A DNA stretch of 64,000 nucleotides from Piromyces finnis finn (taxonomy: Eukaryota; Fungi; Neocallimastigomycota): positions 1,860,001-1,924,000 of the forward strand of contig MCFH01000001.1 in the NCBI GenBank assembly GCA_002104945.1, given 5' to 3'. The notes beneath the pieces are model-generated. The model saw only the letters and a program-made list of their open reading frames with translations. It did no database searches and was not told where the DNA came from. A program made the translations under genes and the position numbers. Shown here one piece after another: positions 53,801 to 64,000 of the stretch. How positions within the stretch are numbered: position 1 is the stretch's first letter; every line of letters begins with the position of its first letter.

Positions 53801-56800
53801 ACTTTCATTAAAATAAAATATTTATTTTTATTTATTATTTTTAGTAAAAAAGAAAAAACGCCGAAAGAAATTTATCAACATATAAAAAAATGGACTTCAA
53901 AAGTTGATTTATTCTCAAAACAATATTTAATTATTCCAATTAACCAAGAGTAAATATATTTAAATTATATTATATATTATATATGTATATTATATTTTAT
54001 TGATATATATAATTTCAACATTATTTCTATTTTTTGCTATCAATATAGAACATACAACAAAAATAATTGTTTATTTTATTAACATATACATTTTATTATA
54101 ACATTATTATAATGATTTTTTTTATTTTATTTTATTATTATAATTATTATATTATTTTATTATTATCTACTTTTTCGGTAATAATTATTGTAATTTATAA
54201 ACATTAAGTTACCATTGGCATATGCTTGTTATTTATAATCCAGGTGCATTATTAGGTGGAAAGCACTCCATTAAAATTATTAATAAAGAAAATAGTAAAA
54301 CCAGTAATTTAAAAAACCAAAAAGAAATTAAAAGAATAAGTACAAAGAGTGCAGCAACTTTAAATAATAATGATGATAATAGTAATCAAATAATGTGTAT
54401 TTCTGATATGGCTTGTTCTCAATCTCATACATCAACAACTGAATTAAATAGTTCATTAATAAATCTACCGAGTTTTGATAATAAATCAATAAGTTCAGAA
54501 TCCAACTTATCTACTATAAATCATGATCTTAAGAACACGGAAATAGATAACAAAACAAGTATTATGGGTGAATTTAATATAGCTAGCTATAATTCAACTG
54601 AAGAACTTAATAAGGGAATCGAGTTTTATAATGAATATGAAAAAACCATAAAATGTGACAGTAATGTTATTCGGGAATCAATGAATCTTTTAAATAAAAA
54701 AGAAGCAAAAATAAAAGAAAATCATTTAAAATCAATGAAATCATTATCTTTATTACAAAATAAGCAGATTATTGATGAAAATGATTCACCTATTATAATT
54801 GAAGAAAAAAATGATGTTTCATTAAGTAATGTTGATGATGAATATGATTCAAGTCTTAGTATTTCTGAAGGTAATATTTCAAAAATAATTATGCAAAGCC
54901 AATCAATAAAAGAAAAAGATAATTTTAAACTTAAATCAATTGACCAAATTGAAGGCCATGATAAAACTAATAATCCGAGTTGTGATTTTCAAAATAAAAA
55001 TATTAAGCTTAATAACCAAGATGGAATTTCTGAAACTAATACTTTAAGTGAAATTGTAATTTTGGATGAGGAAGATAATAATCCGCCTTTAGCTAATAAT
55101 ATTAATATAAATGATAGTATTTTAGATTTTGTTAACAATAGTTTGGACAATTTTAATAAAAATGAAAGTAATAATGATGGATATAAAGGTCAAACAATTT
55201 TAGGTGATTTATTCAAAGAAGATACAATAGCATCTCCAAAAACTTCTCTTACTAATAATAAAGCATTACAAAATACATTAACATCAATTGTTATTTCATC
55301 AAATGAATCATCTCCATTATTAAAAGAAAACCAAAAAGAAGACAGGGAATATGATAATAAGGAAACAATTATTAAGGATGAAAAAATTGAATCTAATCAA
55401 AATAATAATTATAAGAATAATGAAGAAGATAATGATAATATCGAAGAAATGGATTCTAGTTTCTGTAATATTGAAAAAGATGATTCAATATTTTGTATAA
55501 ATGAAACCCAGAATGATAATAGTATTATAGATAAGGAAAATAAAAATGATATAGAAATTGCTAGTGTTATTAGCATTACATCTTCATCTGCTACAAATTC
55601 ACCAAGTGTTATTAACTCCAATTTAAATCCAATTAATAAAGAGAATTATCACAATATCAATAATAGAACCTGTACAGATAATATTCTTGATATATTATCT
55701 AAAGAAAATAGTGCTCAGAAAATTTTAGAAGCTTCTTCATCTTTTCATATTCAAATGCAATCTTTGAATTCATCTAATGATAATAATGATAAAAATATTG
55801 GTAAAATTAATGATAATAAAATTTTAAATAAAGATGAAGAAAAGGAAGAAAATGATAATGAAATTGAAATTGAAATTAAATCTTTAGCTATGTTCCCGAG
55901 GTCTAGTAAAACAGAAAATACTATTTATTCATCATCTTTATTAAATTGTATACCGAGTTCTAATAAGTCAAATGATGCAATTCCTTTGTTACCGAGGTCT
56001 CATACAACAAATGAATTTTCAAATGACTTACCGAGTTCTAGATCAGAAGATAATCTACCGAGTTCTCAGAAAGATATTATTCAAGCTAGTTCAATTAATT
56101 CCAATTCTATTAATAAAGCAAGTCAAAATTTTTCTTCGTCCAAAATAAATAATAATCAAGGAAACAATTCAACAAGTGAGGATATTCAAAATGAAAATGA
56201 AAATGAGGAACAAAACCGGAATAATTTTTCAAATCAATCAATGAAAAATCAAAATGATCCAACATTGTCAGATAAATGTTACAAAGAGCAAGTCCAAGAT
56301 GCAAATGATAGTAATGAAAATGATAATAATAAAGATATGGAAGATTCACAACAATCTTCATCTCACGAAAATCAAAAATCGAAATTTCTTTTTAATACGC
56401 CAATACCTTTTAATTATTTGAATAATGCTCAGAAAAAATTATCATTGCAAGATTATTATAATGAATCAAATTTAAATTTTATAAAACCAAATGATGAAAA
56501 TAATGTCGATGATTCTTTACTTAATAAGTAAAAAATAATAAATATAGAATTTGTTATTTTTTTTAATAAATATATTATTACATTAATAATTGTACCTATA
56601 CTAATTATATTATTATATAGATGTTATTTCATTATATTTGATTCTCTTGCACATAACCATCATCATCTTAATGTTATAAGATCTATTAGAAAGTAAAATT
56701 ATATATTATATATTATATATGTATTAATTAGCCATATTTAAACTTTCTTTTTTTTTTTAATAAAAATATAGTTATTTAGAATGTGATGCATTATACAGAA

Positions 56801-56880
56801 AGAAAAAAGAAATAGCTGTTGAACCAGATATAATATTTGCTAAAGTAACTATTCAAACCATATTTTTTGTTTAATTAATT

Positions 56881-56941
<61 letters not shown>

Positions 56942-57103
56942 TATTAAAATAACTAAATATTTTATTAAAAAAACAAACTAATGAATTAATATATAAAAGG
57001 TTCCATTACAGTCTAATTATTATGACTGTGGAATTTATCTTCTTCATTATATGGAAGTATTTATGAATGATCCAGATTTATATTTAAAACTATTTCTAGT
57101 AAG

Positions 57104-57135
<32 letters not shown>

Positions 57136-57642
57136 ATATTAATTAATAGTCTATTAATTTAATTGTATTGCTTATTGATAATTATATTTTATAATAAATA
57201 GGCTGGAAAGGATACAAAAGAAAACTTTTCATCATCAGATATTCCAAATAAACGTGGAATGTTAATTGATTTAATTCAAAAGTTAGCTAAAGAATACCAA
57301 GAAAAAGCTAAGCAAAAATTAGCAAAAGTTAAATCTGAAGATGATGAAGACGTAATAATGGAAGCTGTAAAAATTAATATTAAAGCAGAAGAAAAACCGA
57401 AACCAACATTACCCTCTATACATCCAACAACAAATTCATATGCCACTTCATCAACTTCCTCTTCTCGAATTTCTTCACCTAAAGCAAATATACCAGCTAT
57501 ATTGAGTAAATCCCCGATTTCGCCTAAAATGAGAACATCTATGATGATGCCAAAAAATAAGTTAAAAACTACCTCATCATCTTCAAGTCATAAAGTAAAA
57601 AAATCTGTAATTCACAATTCACTTCATACGAAAAAAAAATAG
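50883..57642 (+). CDS. ULP2: Ulp2/SENP6-7-like SUMO protease (peptidase C48), multi-exon, with a huge insertion in the catalytic domain
   Basis: Spliced motifs LFIYPF...ITTEDVERL...FLNDSLIEFYLKYL, FHLINSFFY, IKKWTSKVDLFSKQYLIIPINQ|DYHW (His 54213), IIFDSL (Asp 56640), VPLQSNYYDCGIYLL (Cys 57027). Exon 54209-56527 is in phase. Confidence 0.88.
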
Positions 57643-58297
57643 ACCATTCTATAACTTTGCGAAATTTATTCTTATAAAGCTTTGCAACTAAAAGTATTTA
57701 TATTATTATTTCTTAATAATTTTTTTTTTTTTATTTTTATTTTCTTAAAACTAACTAAATTGTTGCCAATTATAAAATTTTATAAAAAAAATTATCTATT
57801 ATAATAATTCATATTTTTTATTTTTTTTTATGCCAAAGCATTTTATATAAAATTTTCACAGAAATAACTATTATATATTTTTAAACTTTTTTTTTATTTA
57901 ATATCTTTATAATATAGATATATTTAAGTATAATTTAATTGCAATATATGTATTAAAAATATTATTTAATAAATCACTAATATATAAATATATTAATGTA
58001 AATTAATATAATAGACAGTAGATATTCATATATAACATTCTATACATATTATACATATTAAAAGAAGTATAATAAATAGAACTTTGTTAAAAATTTTTAA
58101 AATAGTTTTTTTTAAAATAAAAAATATTACATTATATATTTATTACTTTTAAATATTAAATTGACGATATATAATACTTTAATATTAAGGGATACTTAGG
58201 AATAAAGTATAATGTATAATTTTACTATTAATAATAATACTAACTATATTGTTCCAATAATGGTAATGACAGTTGATAAATAATGAAATATTAAGTT

Positions 58298-58453
58298 GTT
58301 AAAATTATTTCTTCTTATATTTTTATTAAATATTTATCAAATTTAAAGCGGCTTTTTTTAAAAAAAAAATAAAAAGTTAAAATTATTTCTTCTTATATTT
58401 TTATTAAATATTTATCAAATTTAAAGCGGCTTTTTTTAAAAAAAAAATAAAAA
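58298..58453. repeat. 78-bp tandem duplication, two copies
   Basis: gttaaaattatttcttcttatat...aaagcggctttttttaaaaaaaaaataaaaa starts at 58298 and at 58376. Confidence 0.9.
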
Positions 58454-58889
58454 GTAAAAATAAAAATTTATTTTGTAATAAAGTACCGCATATTCTATTT
58501 ATTATATTTCTATATTTTCATTATAAAAATGATTGTTTTAAATATTTATATTTATTATTATACTATTAATGAGCAAAACCAATTATTATAAAAATGTTTT
58601 TTTTATAAAAAAAATGTATAGAAATAAAAAAAAATAGAATATGCATCTATTTATATTATTTTAAAAAAAAATTTTTAATAGTTTTAAATTTTATTATCAC
58701 CTGTAATAAATAAAAATATATTATTATTTTTTTATTTTAAATATCAGATATATGATTAGCACAGTACCTTATTTATAAATATTAATAAAACAAATAATTA
58801 TATTTATAAATGTAATTATTAAAAGGTTATTGAATTATAATAGTTAATTTTTATATGAATATGATAGTAATTTTAATTTTATTTTTAAT

Positions 58890-59495
58890 TTAGAATAATA
58901 ATAAAGGTAATAAAGCAGTATCAATTTTAGTAGTAATAAAATCACTTGTATCACTTATTTCAGAAGATTTGCATTTATTAGATACTAAGAAAGAAATTGA
59001 ATTTTTGATAGAATTTATAGCTTGATAAGTATAACCTCCAGCAGTAAATGATAAACTTTCGTAAGCAGCAAAGCGGTCGATATTAATTTCTTTGAAAGAC
59101 TTTATTAAAGATTCAGTATATTTTTTTGATTTACATGTGTCTGATAAAGCTTCATCTTCACCAGTTGATTGCATATATAGAGAATAGACATAACTCATTA
59201 TTTTCATCAGTGAAACATTTACTCATTTACTTTCTAATCCTTGTATTAAATCCCTAATTATAAGTGGTTGCATTACTTCCATAAATTGAGAAATTTTACT
59301 GCAAATTAGGAAGTACTTTAATGGATCATTATAGAACGCTTGACATTTTTCAGATTTAATATTAAAACAAGCTTGTTTATAATTTCCAATAGTAATGATA
59401 GGCATACAATTATTACTATATTTGGAATTATTGTTTTTTTCGGTAGAGTACCTTTTCATGGAAGTAGATTTATAATAGATTATTTTGTTGACCAT
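58890..59495 (-). pseudogene. Broken copy of a small Cys-rich protein with a hydrophobic C-terminal tail (secreted/GPI-anchor-like)
   Basis: Two adjacent out-of-frame ORFs (CMPIITIGNYKQAC..KCQAFYNDPLKYFLIC; DTCKSKKYTESL...TKIDTALLPLLLF). No signal peptide, and a frameshift lies between them. The resemblance to an expanded anaerobic-fungal family is from recollection, not a search. Confidence 0.55.
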
Positions 59496-59499
59496 GAAG

Positions 59500-61585
59500 T
59501 AGATATAAAGAAATCATGAAAGTGTATATAATAACGCAAAAGAAGCGTATACAAAAGCAAAATCTGAAGAACAAAAAAAATCAATCTTTGAACGAAAATA
59601 AAAACAAATTAAACAAATAAAGAATGCTTATATGCTTATATTAATATAGAAGAAAATCTAAGCAAATATGAAAATTATAAAAATTCGAATGGTGTATAAT
59701 TTTATGCAATAAAACATTTTTGACTTTATAATTTCTTAGATAAAAAATCTACCAAAAAAATGTTATAATCACATTTTATAATGAATTTAAAAATGGTTAT
59801 GAAAATGAGAATTATGATGAATTGAAAAAAATAGGTAATACAGCTAAAAATAGTGAAATGATGAGAAATTATATTATAAATAAAAACAGAAATTTAGATA
59901 GATTTTACGAAGAGCAAAAGAGTTTATTAGTAGAAAGTGAATATGAAAAAATAAGGAGTAGTAAATTAGTTAAAGAAAAAATGTTAGGTCTATTAAATAC
60001 TAAATTAATCGATATATACAATAGACTAAAAATTTTGACTGCTAGAAAAGATACTAAAAACACCGAAAAGGACGAATTTACAATTATTTGGCATTTAGCA
60101 ACCCAAGATTTTATAGAAAAAACCTATTCTGTTAATATAAATATTGGAACAGAAAATAAATATAAATTTGTTAATATTATAAATGATGGACCCCATTTTA
60201 TTGAACACTTAGCAACCAGTAGTTTATCCAAAGTAGCTTATAGTAAGAGTAATTACAATGCAAAAGTAGATTAGCGAAAAGAAGTGGAGGTGAGTCTTGT
60301 AAATTTTATAATCAATTGAAAGTAGAAATATAAATAAATATATAAATTCTATCACAACACTAGAAATCCTAAGAACATTTAAAGATAAGAAATTAGATTC
60401 CAACATATTACCAATTGATTCTGATAAATACGATATGAAAGATATAAATTTCTTATATAAGGGTGCTAACTCAATGGATGAATTATGGAGTAATATTGTT
60501 AAGACGTATACTGAAAACCAGGATTTATTTGATAAAGAACAAAGTGAAGAGTTTATCAGTAAGTTTAATAATATAGTTAATGATTACGTTTTAGTATTAA
60601 GAGATTTTAATTATGCAAATATAATGATATTACAATAACTAGAAATGAATTAGAAAATATGATTTCATTATTAGCACCGTTAAAGCACATGATAATAAGT
60701 ATAAAGAAAGTATTGAAGATAATTCTTTACATTCATTTGATGAATTTGATTCACAATCATCGTTGTTTAAAGAAAAAAACGATTTAAATAACGATGGGGA
60801 ATTATCCAATAGATTAAATTATATTTGTGTTAAATGTTAGATACTCAAATCCCATCCAAGTATATTCAAACTTAGAAATGGTAAAAGTTATCGAATTATA
60901 TTGATTCTAGTAATGGAAATTATTACTATACCTTTGGTAGTTATTATATTTACGAACCAGTTGAACGTGATTTAAAAAGTATAATTAGAGATATGGTAGA
61001 ATCGAAACATGAAGCCATTGTTACATTTGTGGATAATTCTAGTAATAATAACTATCAAATTATGCAATTGGAACGTAGTTTTGGAATATAAATTAACTAT
61101 TCATGAATCTTCCTTTTATCGAATAAAAAATGAAGTGGATGATATGAATAAATTACTTAATGAAAAGCACATTTAAAAAATAAATGTATTAAAAGATTAG
61201 AAACGTATGATCAAACTAAGTAAAGAATGGAAAAAAGCCTTAGAAAATTAGCCGAGTTAACCGATATAGATAATGAAAATTCGGAAACAATTATTAATAA
61301 AGCAAAAGAAATGGCTTTAAATACTAAAGATGAAAAATTAAAAAATAAGATTGTTAAGTAAATAAGTAATTATGTTGTTTTTTACAAAAATGAAGCTATA
61401 AAGGTTTCAGGCAAAGTTTCTGATGATGTATTCAAAACTATATATGATCATTCATTAGCATATAATAAAATTGGTATTGATGCATTAAAAGCTATAGAAT
61501 TTAAAGGTTCTTATGGAAATAATAATTATAACAACGATGATGTTAATAAATTAGAGAAATGCTATGAAGTATAATAAGAATTCTA
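59500..61585 (+). pseudogene. Decayed large ORF of unknown family (many stops and frameshifts)
   Basis: Protein-like, intronless stretches (59822-60274, 60435-60638, ~60900-61100, ~61230-61570) interrupted by in-frame stops; coding-like composition. Confidence 0.55.
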
Positions 61586-61851
61586 ATCAAAAATAATATA
61601 AATAATAAAAATCATCATCCATTAGTAAGGGTACAACAACTATAAGTGGAAATAAAAATATTAATATTTCTACTAGTACTTCTAATTCAAAACATGATGG
61701 CAATAACCATATTAATAATGGTCAAAAGCTAAATAACAAAAATAAAAGAAATACAAGATATATATAAAATTTTTATATTAAAATATTAACATTAAAAAAA
61801 TAAATAAATAAATAATAGTTATAAAAAGGTCAGATTATATAAAAATGTAAT

Positions 61852-64000
61852 TATTGGAAATTGTGAAAATAAAATACATTCCAAAATAATATTTTATGTA
61901 TTTTTTATGTATTTGTATTTTATAAAATTATAAATTAATATTGTACTACATTTTTATTCTTTGGTTATTTTTTAATAAAAAGATTTTAAGAAAGTTACAA
62001 TATTTATATTATAAAATAAATATAAATAAATAAAAGATTATAAAAACCCAAATAGTTTTATAAATAAATTTAAGTGTAAACTAAATTTATCTGACAGATT
62101 AAGAGTCTCAATTGCTCTTATATTTAAGTAAGTTTTTTTTTAATATGTCAAAAAGAAAATCTAACGGAGATACTGGATCAATTCCTATATTCGATCCTAC
62201 CGTTATGCTAGGAAAGGTCACTTATGAATTGAACAATAAAAATTTCATAACGTGGCAAATGTTTATGAGGAATATTTTAAATTATTATGGTCTTGAAGAT
62301 TGGGTTGATGAAAACAAAACCCCAAAGATCAAAAGTGACGAAGGAATGGATATCGACGGAGAAGAATATCTAAAGGCACCTTTTGAAATCAATACCTACT
62401 ATGATAAGAACGTAACCGAAGATGACTTAAAAACAGATAGGAATATCCAATTTTTAATTAGGTATACTTTAGGCCCAAACTGCCAACAAGATATCCAAGA
62501 TAGGTCTTTAACAAGCTACGAAATGTGGAAACTATTAGAAGACATTTATTTAGGGGATAAAATAGAAAGAAAGAATAGGCTTATTAAGGAAACAAACTCC
62601 TTAAAATACGACCCGAAAGAAAGTTTCTCAAGATTTGTAAATAAGTTAAATTCCAACTTTAATAAGTTAGAACAACTAAATGTGAAAATAGATGATGAAG
62701 AAAAAATTGGTTTACTGTATCAAGCCTTACCAGAAAAATATAGGAAAGTCACAGTCCTTAAGCATGAAGACTGGGAAGAATGCAAAAAGGACACAGCAAG
62801 AATGATAGATAAGATGAACAAATTTGATCCGAAAGAGAAATCTGAAACCTTCGGAATTAGACATATCTTTAGTGTTGAAGGTAGTTACAAAGGTGATAAA
62901 AGAAAGGAAAGTACTAAATACTACCGCAACAAACAAAGTAATAATCATAATAAAAATACAAATAAAGGAAAAGAAAAGTCCAATGAAGAAAGAAATTGGA
63001 ATAACAAAAATAAACAAAACATTACATGTTATTTTTGTCATCAAAAAGGACATACTGTAAAACAATGTCGTATTCAAAAAGAACTTTCAGAAGAAGTTAC
63101 AAGAAGGCTAAGAAAAGAGAAAAATAAAGGCAAGGAAGCATTTTTAGCAACAGGTGAAATAGTAAATAAACAAACCACTGAAGACTTTGAACCAGAAGTT
63201 GGATATCAAGATTTGTTTACAGTTGATTACAATACATTATTTGACAATAACAATGATGAATGTAATAATAAATCATGCAATTACGTATCTTGTGAAAATG
63301 TACCTACAAGTTTTACTACATGGACTTTAGATTCTGGTGCTTCTAATCATATTACCAAAGATATAGGAATTCTCAAAAATGTTTTTGAACATGTAGAACC
63401 AATCAATTATGCAAATGGAGCGACTACAAAGTCAACACATATGGGTGAAGTAAATGGATCTATTAATGAAGAACCAATAAAATTAGAAGATGTAATGTAC
63501 ATCCCAGATGTAAAACGAAATTTAATTTCTGTTGCCAAGTTAGTTAAAAGTGGCTACCAAATAATCTTTGATGAGAAGAACAATAATGTATTTGCATATA
63601 TAAAAGATAAGAAAACAGATAATGTATACGAAGTTAAAGCAAATGAATATGATGTATTCAATTTGTACATCAAAGAAGGTAATGTAGTTAATAATTACTC
63701 AATGTGCGATAATGTACGAAACAATGGTGAATACTGGCATAGAAGAATAGGGCATCTGAATTTCAACAATAATGATGAAAAGAACAATATTCACAATTGT
63801 ACAATATGCATGAGAAGCAAAATGAAAGAAATCCCTCATAAAAGGTCAGATAGTAGAGCATCAAGTGTTTTGGAACTAGTACACATCGATTTGGTAGGTC
63901 CAATCACACCATCAACTCATGACAACGTATACTTTTTAAGTATCTTAGATGATTACAGTCGATATGGATGGGTAATATTTGTCAAGAATAAAAGTGATGT
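61852..64000 (+). mobile_element. Ty1/copia LTR retrotransposon (5' part; left boundary tentative)
   Basis: Gag-protease-integrase order. Putative eroded LTR starts at tattggaaa (61852), and a PBS-like gattataaaaaccca lies at 62036-62050. Confidence 0.8.
62145..64000 (+). CDS. Copia gag-pol polyprotein, open to the window end (absent from the ORF track because it has no stop)
   Basis: Uninterrupted frame from ATG 62145: gag (NFITWQMFMRNIL), zinc knuckle CYFCHQKGHTVKQC, protease WTLDSGASNH, pre-integrase WHRRIGHLN..CTIC, integrase LELVHIDLVGP...ILDDYSRY. Confidence 0.95.
   Translation, partial: MSKRKSNGDTGSIPIFDPTVMLGKVTYELNNKNFITWQMFMRNILNYYGLEDWVDENKTPKIKSDEGMDIDGEEYLKAPFEINTYYDKNVTEDDLKTDRNIQFLIRYTLGPNCQQDIQDRSLTSYEMWKLLEDIYLGDKIERKNRLIKETNSLKYDPKESFSRFVNKLNSNFNKLEQLNVKIDDEEKIGLLYQALPEKYRKVTVLKHEDWEECKKDTARMIDKMNKFDPKEKSETFGIRHIFSVEGSYKGDKRKESTKYYRNKQSNNHNKNTNKGKEKSNEERNWNNKNKQNITCYFCHQKGHTVKQCRIQKELSEEVTRRLRKEKNKGKEAFLATGEIVNKQTTEDFEPEVGYQDLFTVDYNTLFDNNNDECNNKSCNYVSCENVPTSFTTWTLDSGASNHITKDIGILKNVFEHVEPINYANGATTKSTHMGEVNGSINEEPIKLEDVMYIPDVKRNLISVAKLVKSGYQIIFDEKNNNVFAYIKDKKTDNVYEVKANEYDVFNLYIKEGNVVNNYSMCDNVRNNGEYWHRRIGHLNFNNNDEKNNIHNCTICMRSKMKEIPHKRSDSRASSVLELVHIDLVGPITPSTHDNVYFLSILDDYSRYGWVIFVKNKSD

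Noticed and set aside
62727-63077. Minus-strand 116-aa and plus-strand 78-aa ORFs
   Set aside because: Shadows of the copia gag frame that starts at 62145.

Overview
Extremely AT-rich eukaryotic DNA with short GT-AG introns, long (AAT)n tracts and standard genetic code. This composition suggests an anaerobic gut fungus (Neocallimastigomycota), which is inference. In order, the window holds: (1) a deleted pseudo-paralog (1-880) in tandem with an intact 5-exon, ~1767-aa adenylation-ACP-ketosynthase-(dead acyltransferase) hybrid gene (2227-8373); (2) a ~13.5-kb gene-free desert carrying compound AAT satellites and 17 TCTAGA-core palindromes; (3) an intronless BTB-like gene; (4) tandem coronin-7 (minus) divergent from an 8-exon ATG101 that the ORF track misses; (5) a helical-bundle/QN-rich/SH3 protein; (6) dolichol kinase; (7) a 1880-aa CAP-Gly coiled-coil protein; (8) an orphan 28S rRNA fragment; (9) a Ulp2/SENP-like SUMO protease with a ~770-aa insertion inside its catalytic domain; (10) decayed gene fragments; (11) an intact Ty1/copia gag-pol running off the window end. 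The best candidate for an undescribed system is the A-T-KS-pseudoAT enzyme. Its KS and ACP look intact, but its AT is dead and truncated and it has no acceptor ACP or release domain. Its tandem relic paralog differs mainly in the substrate pocket.
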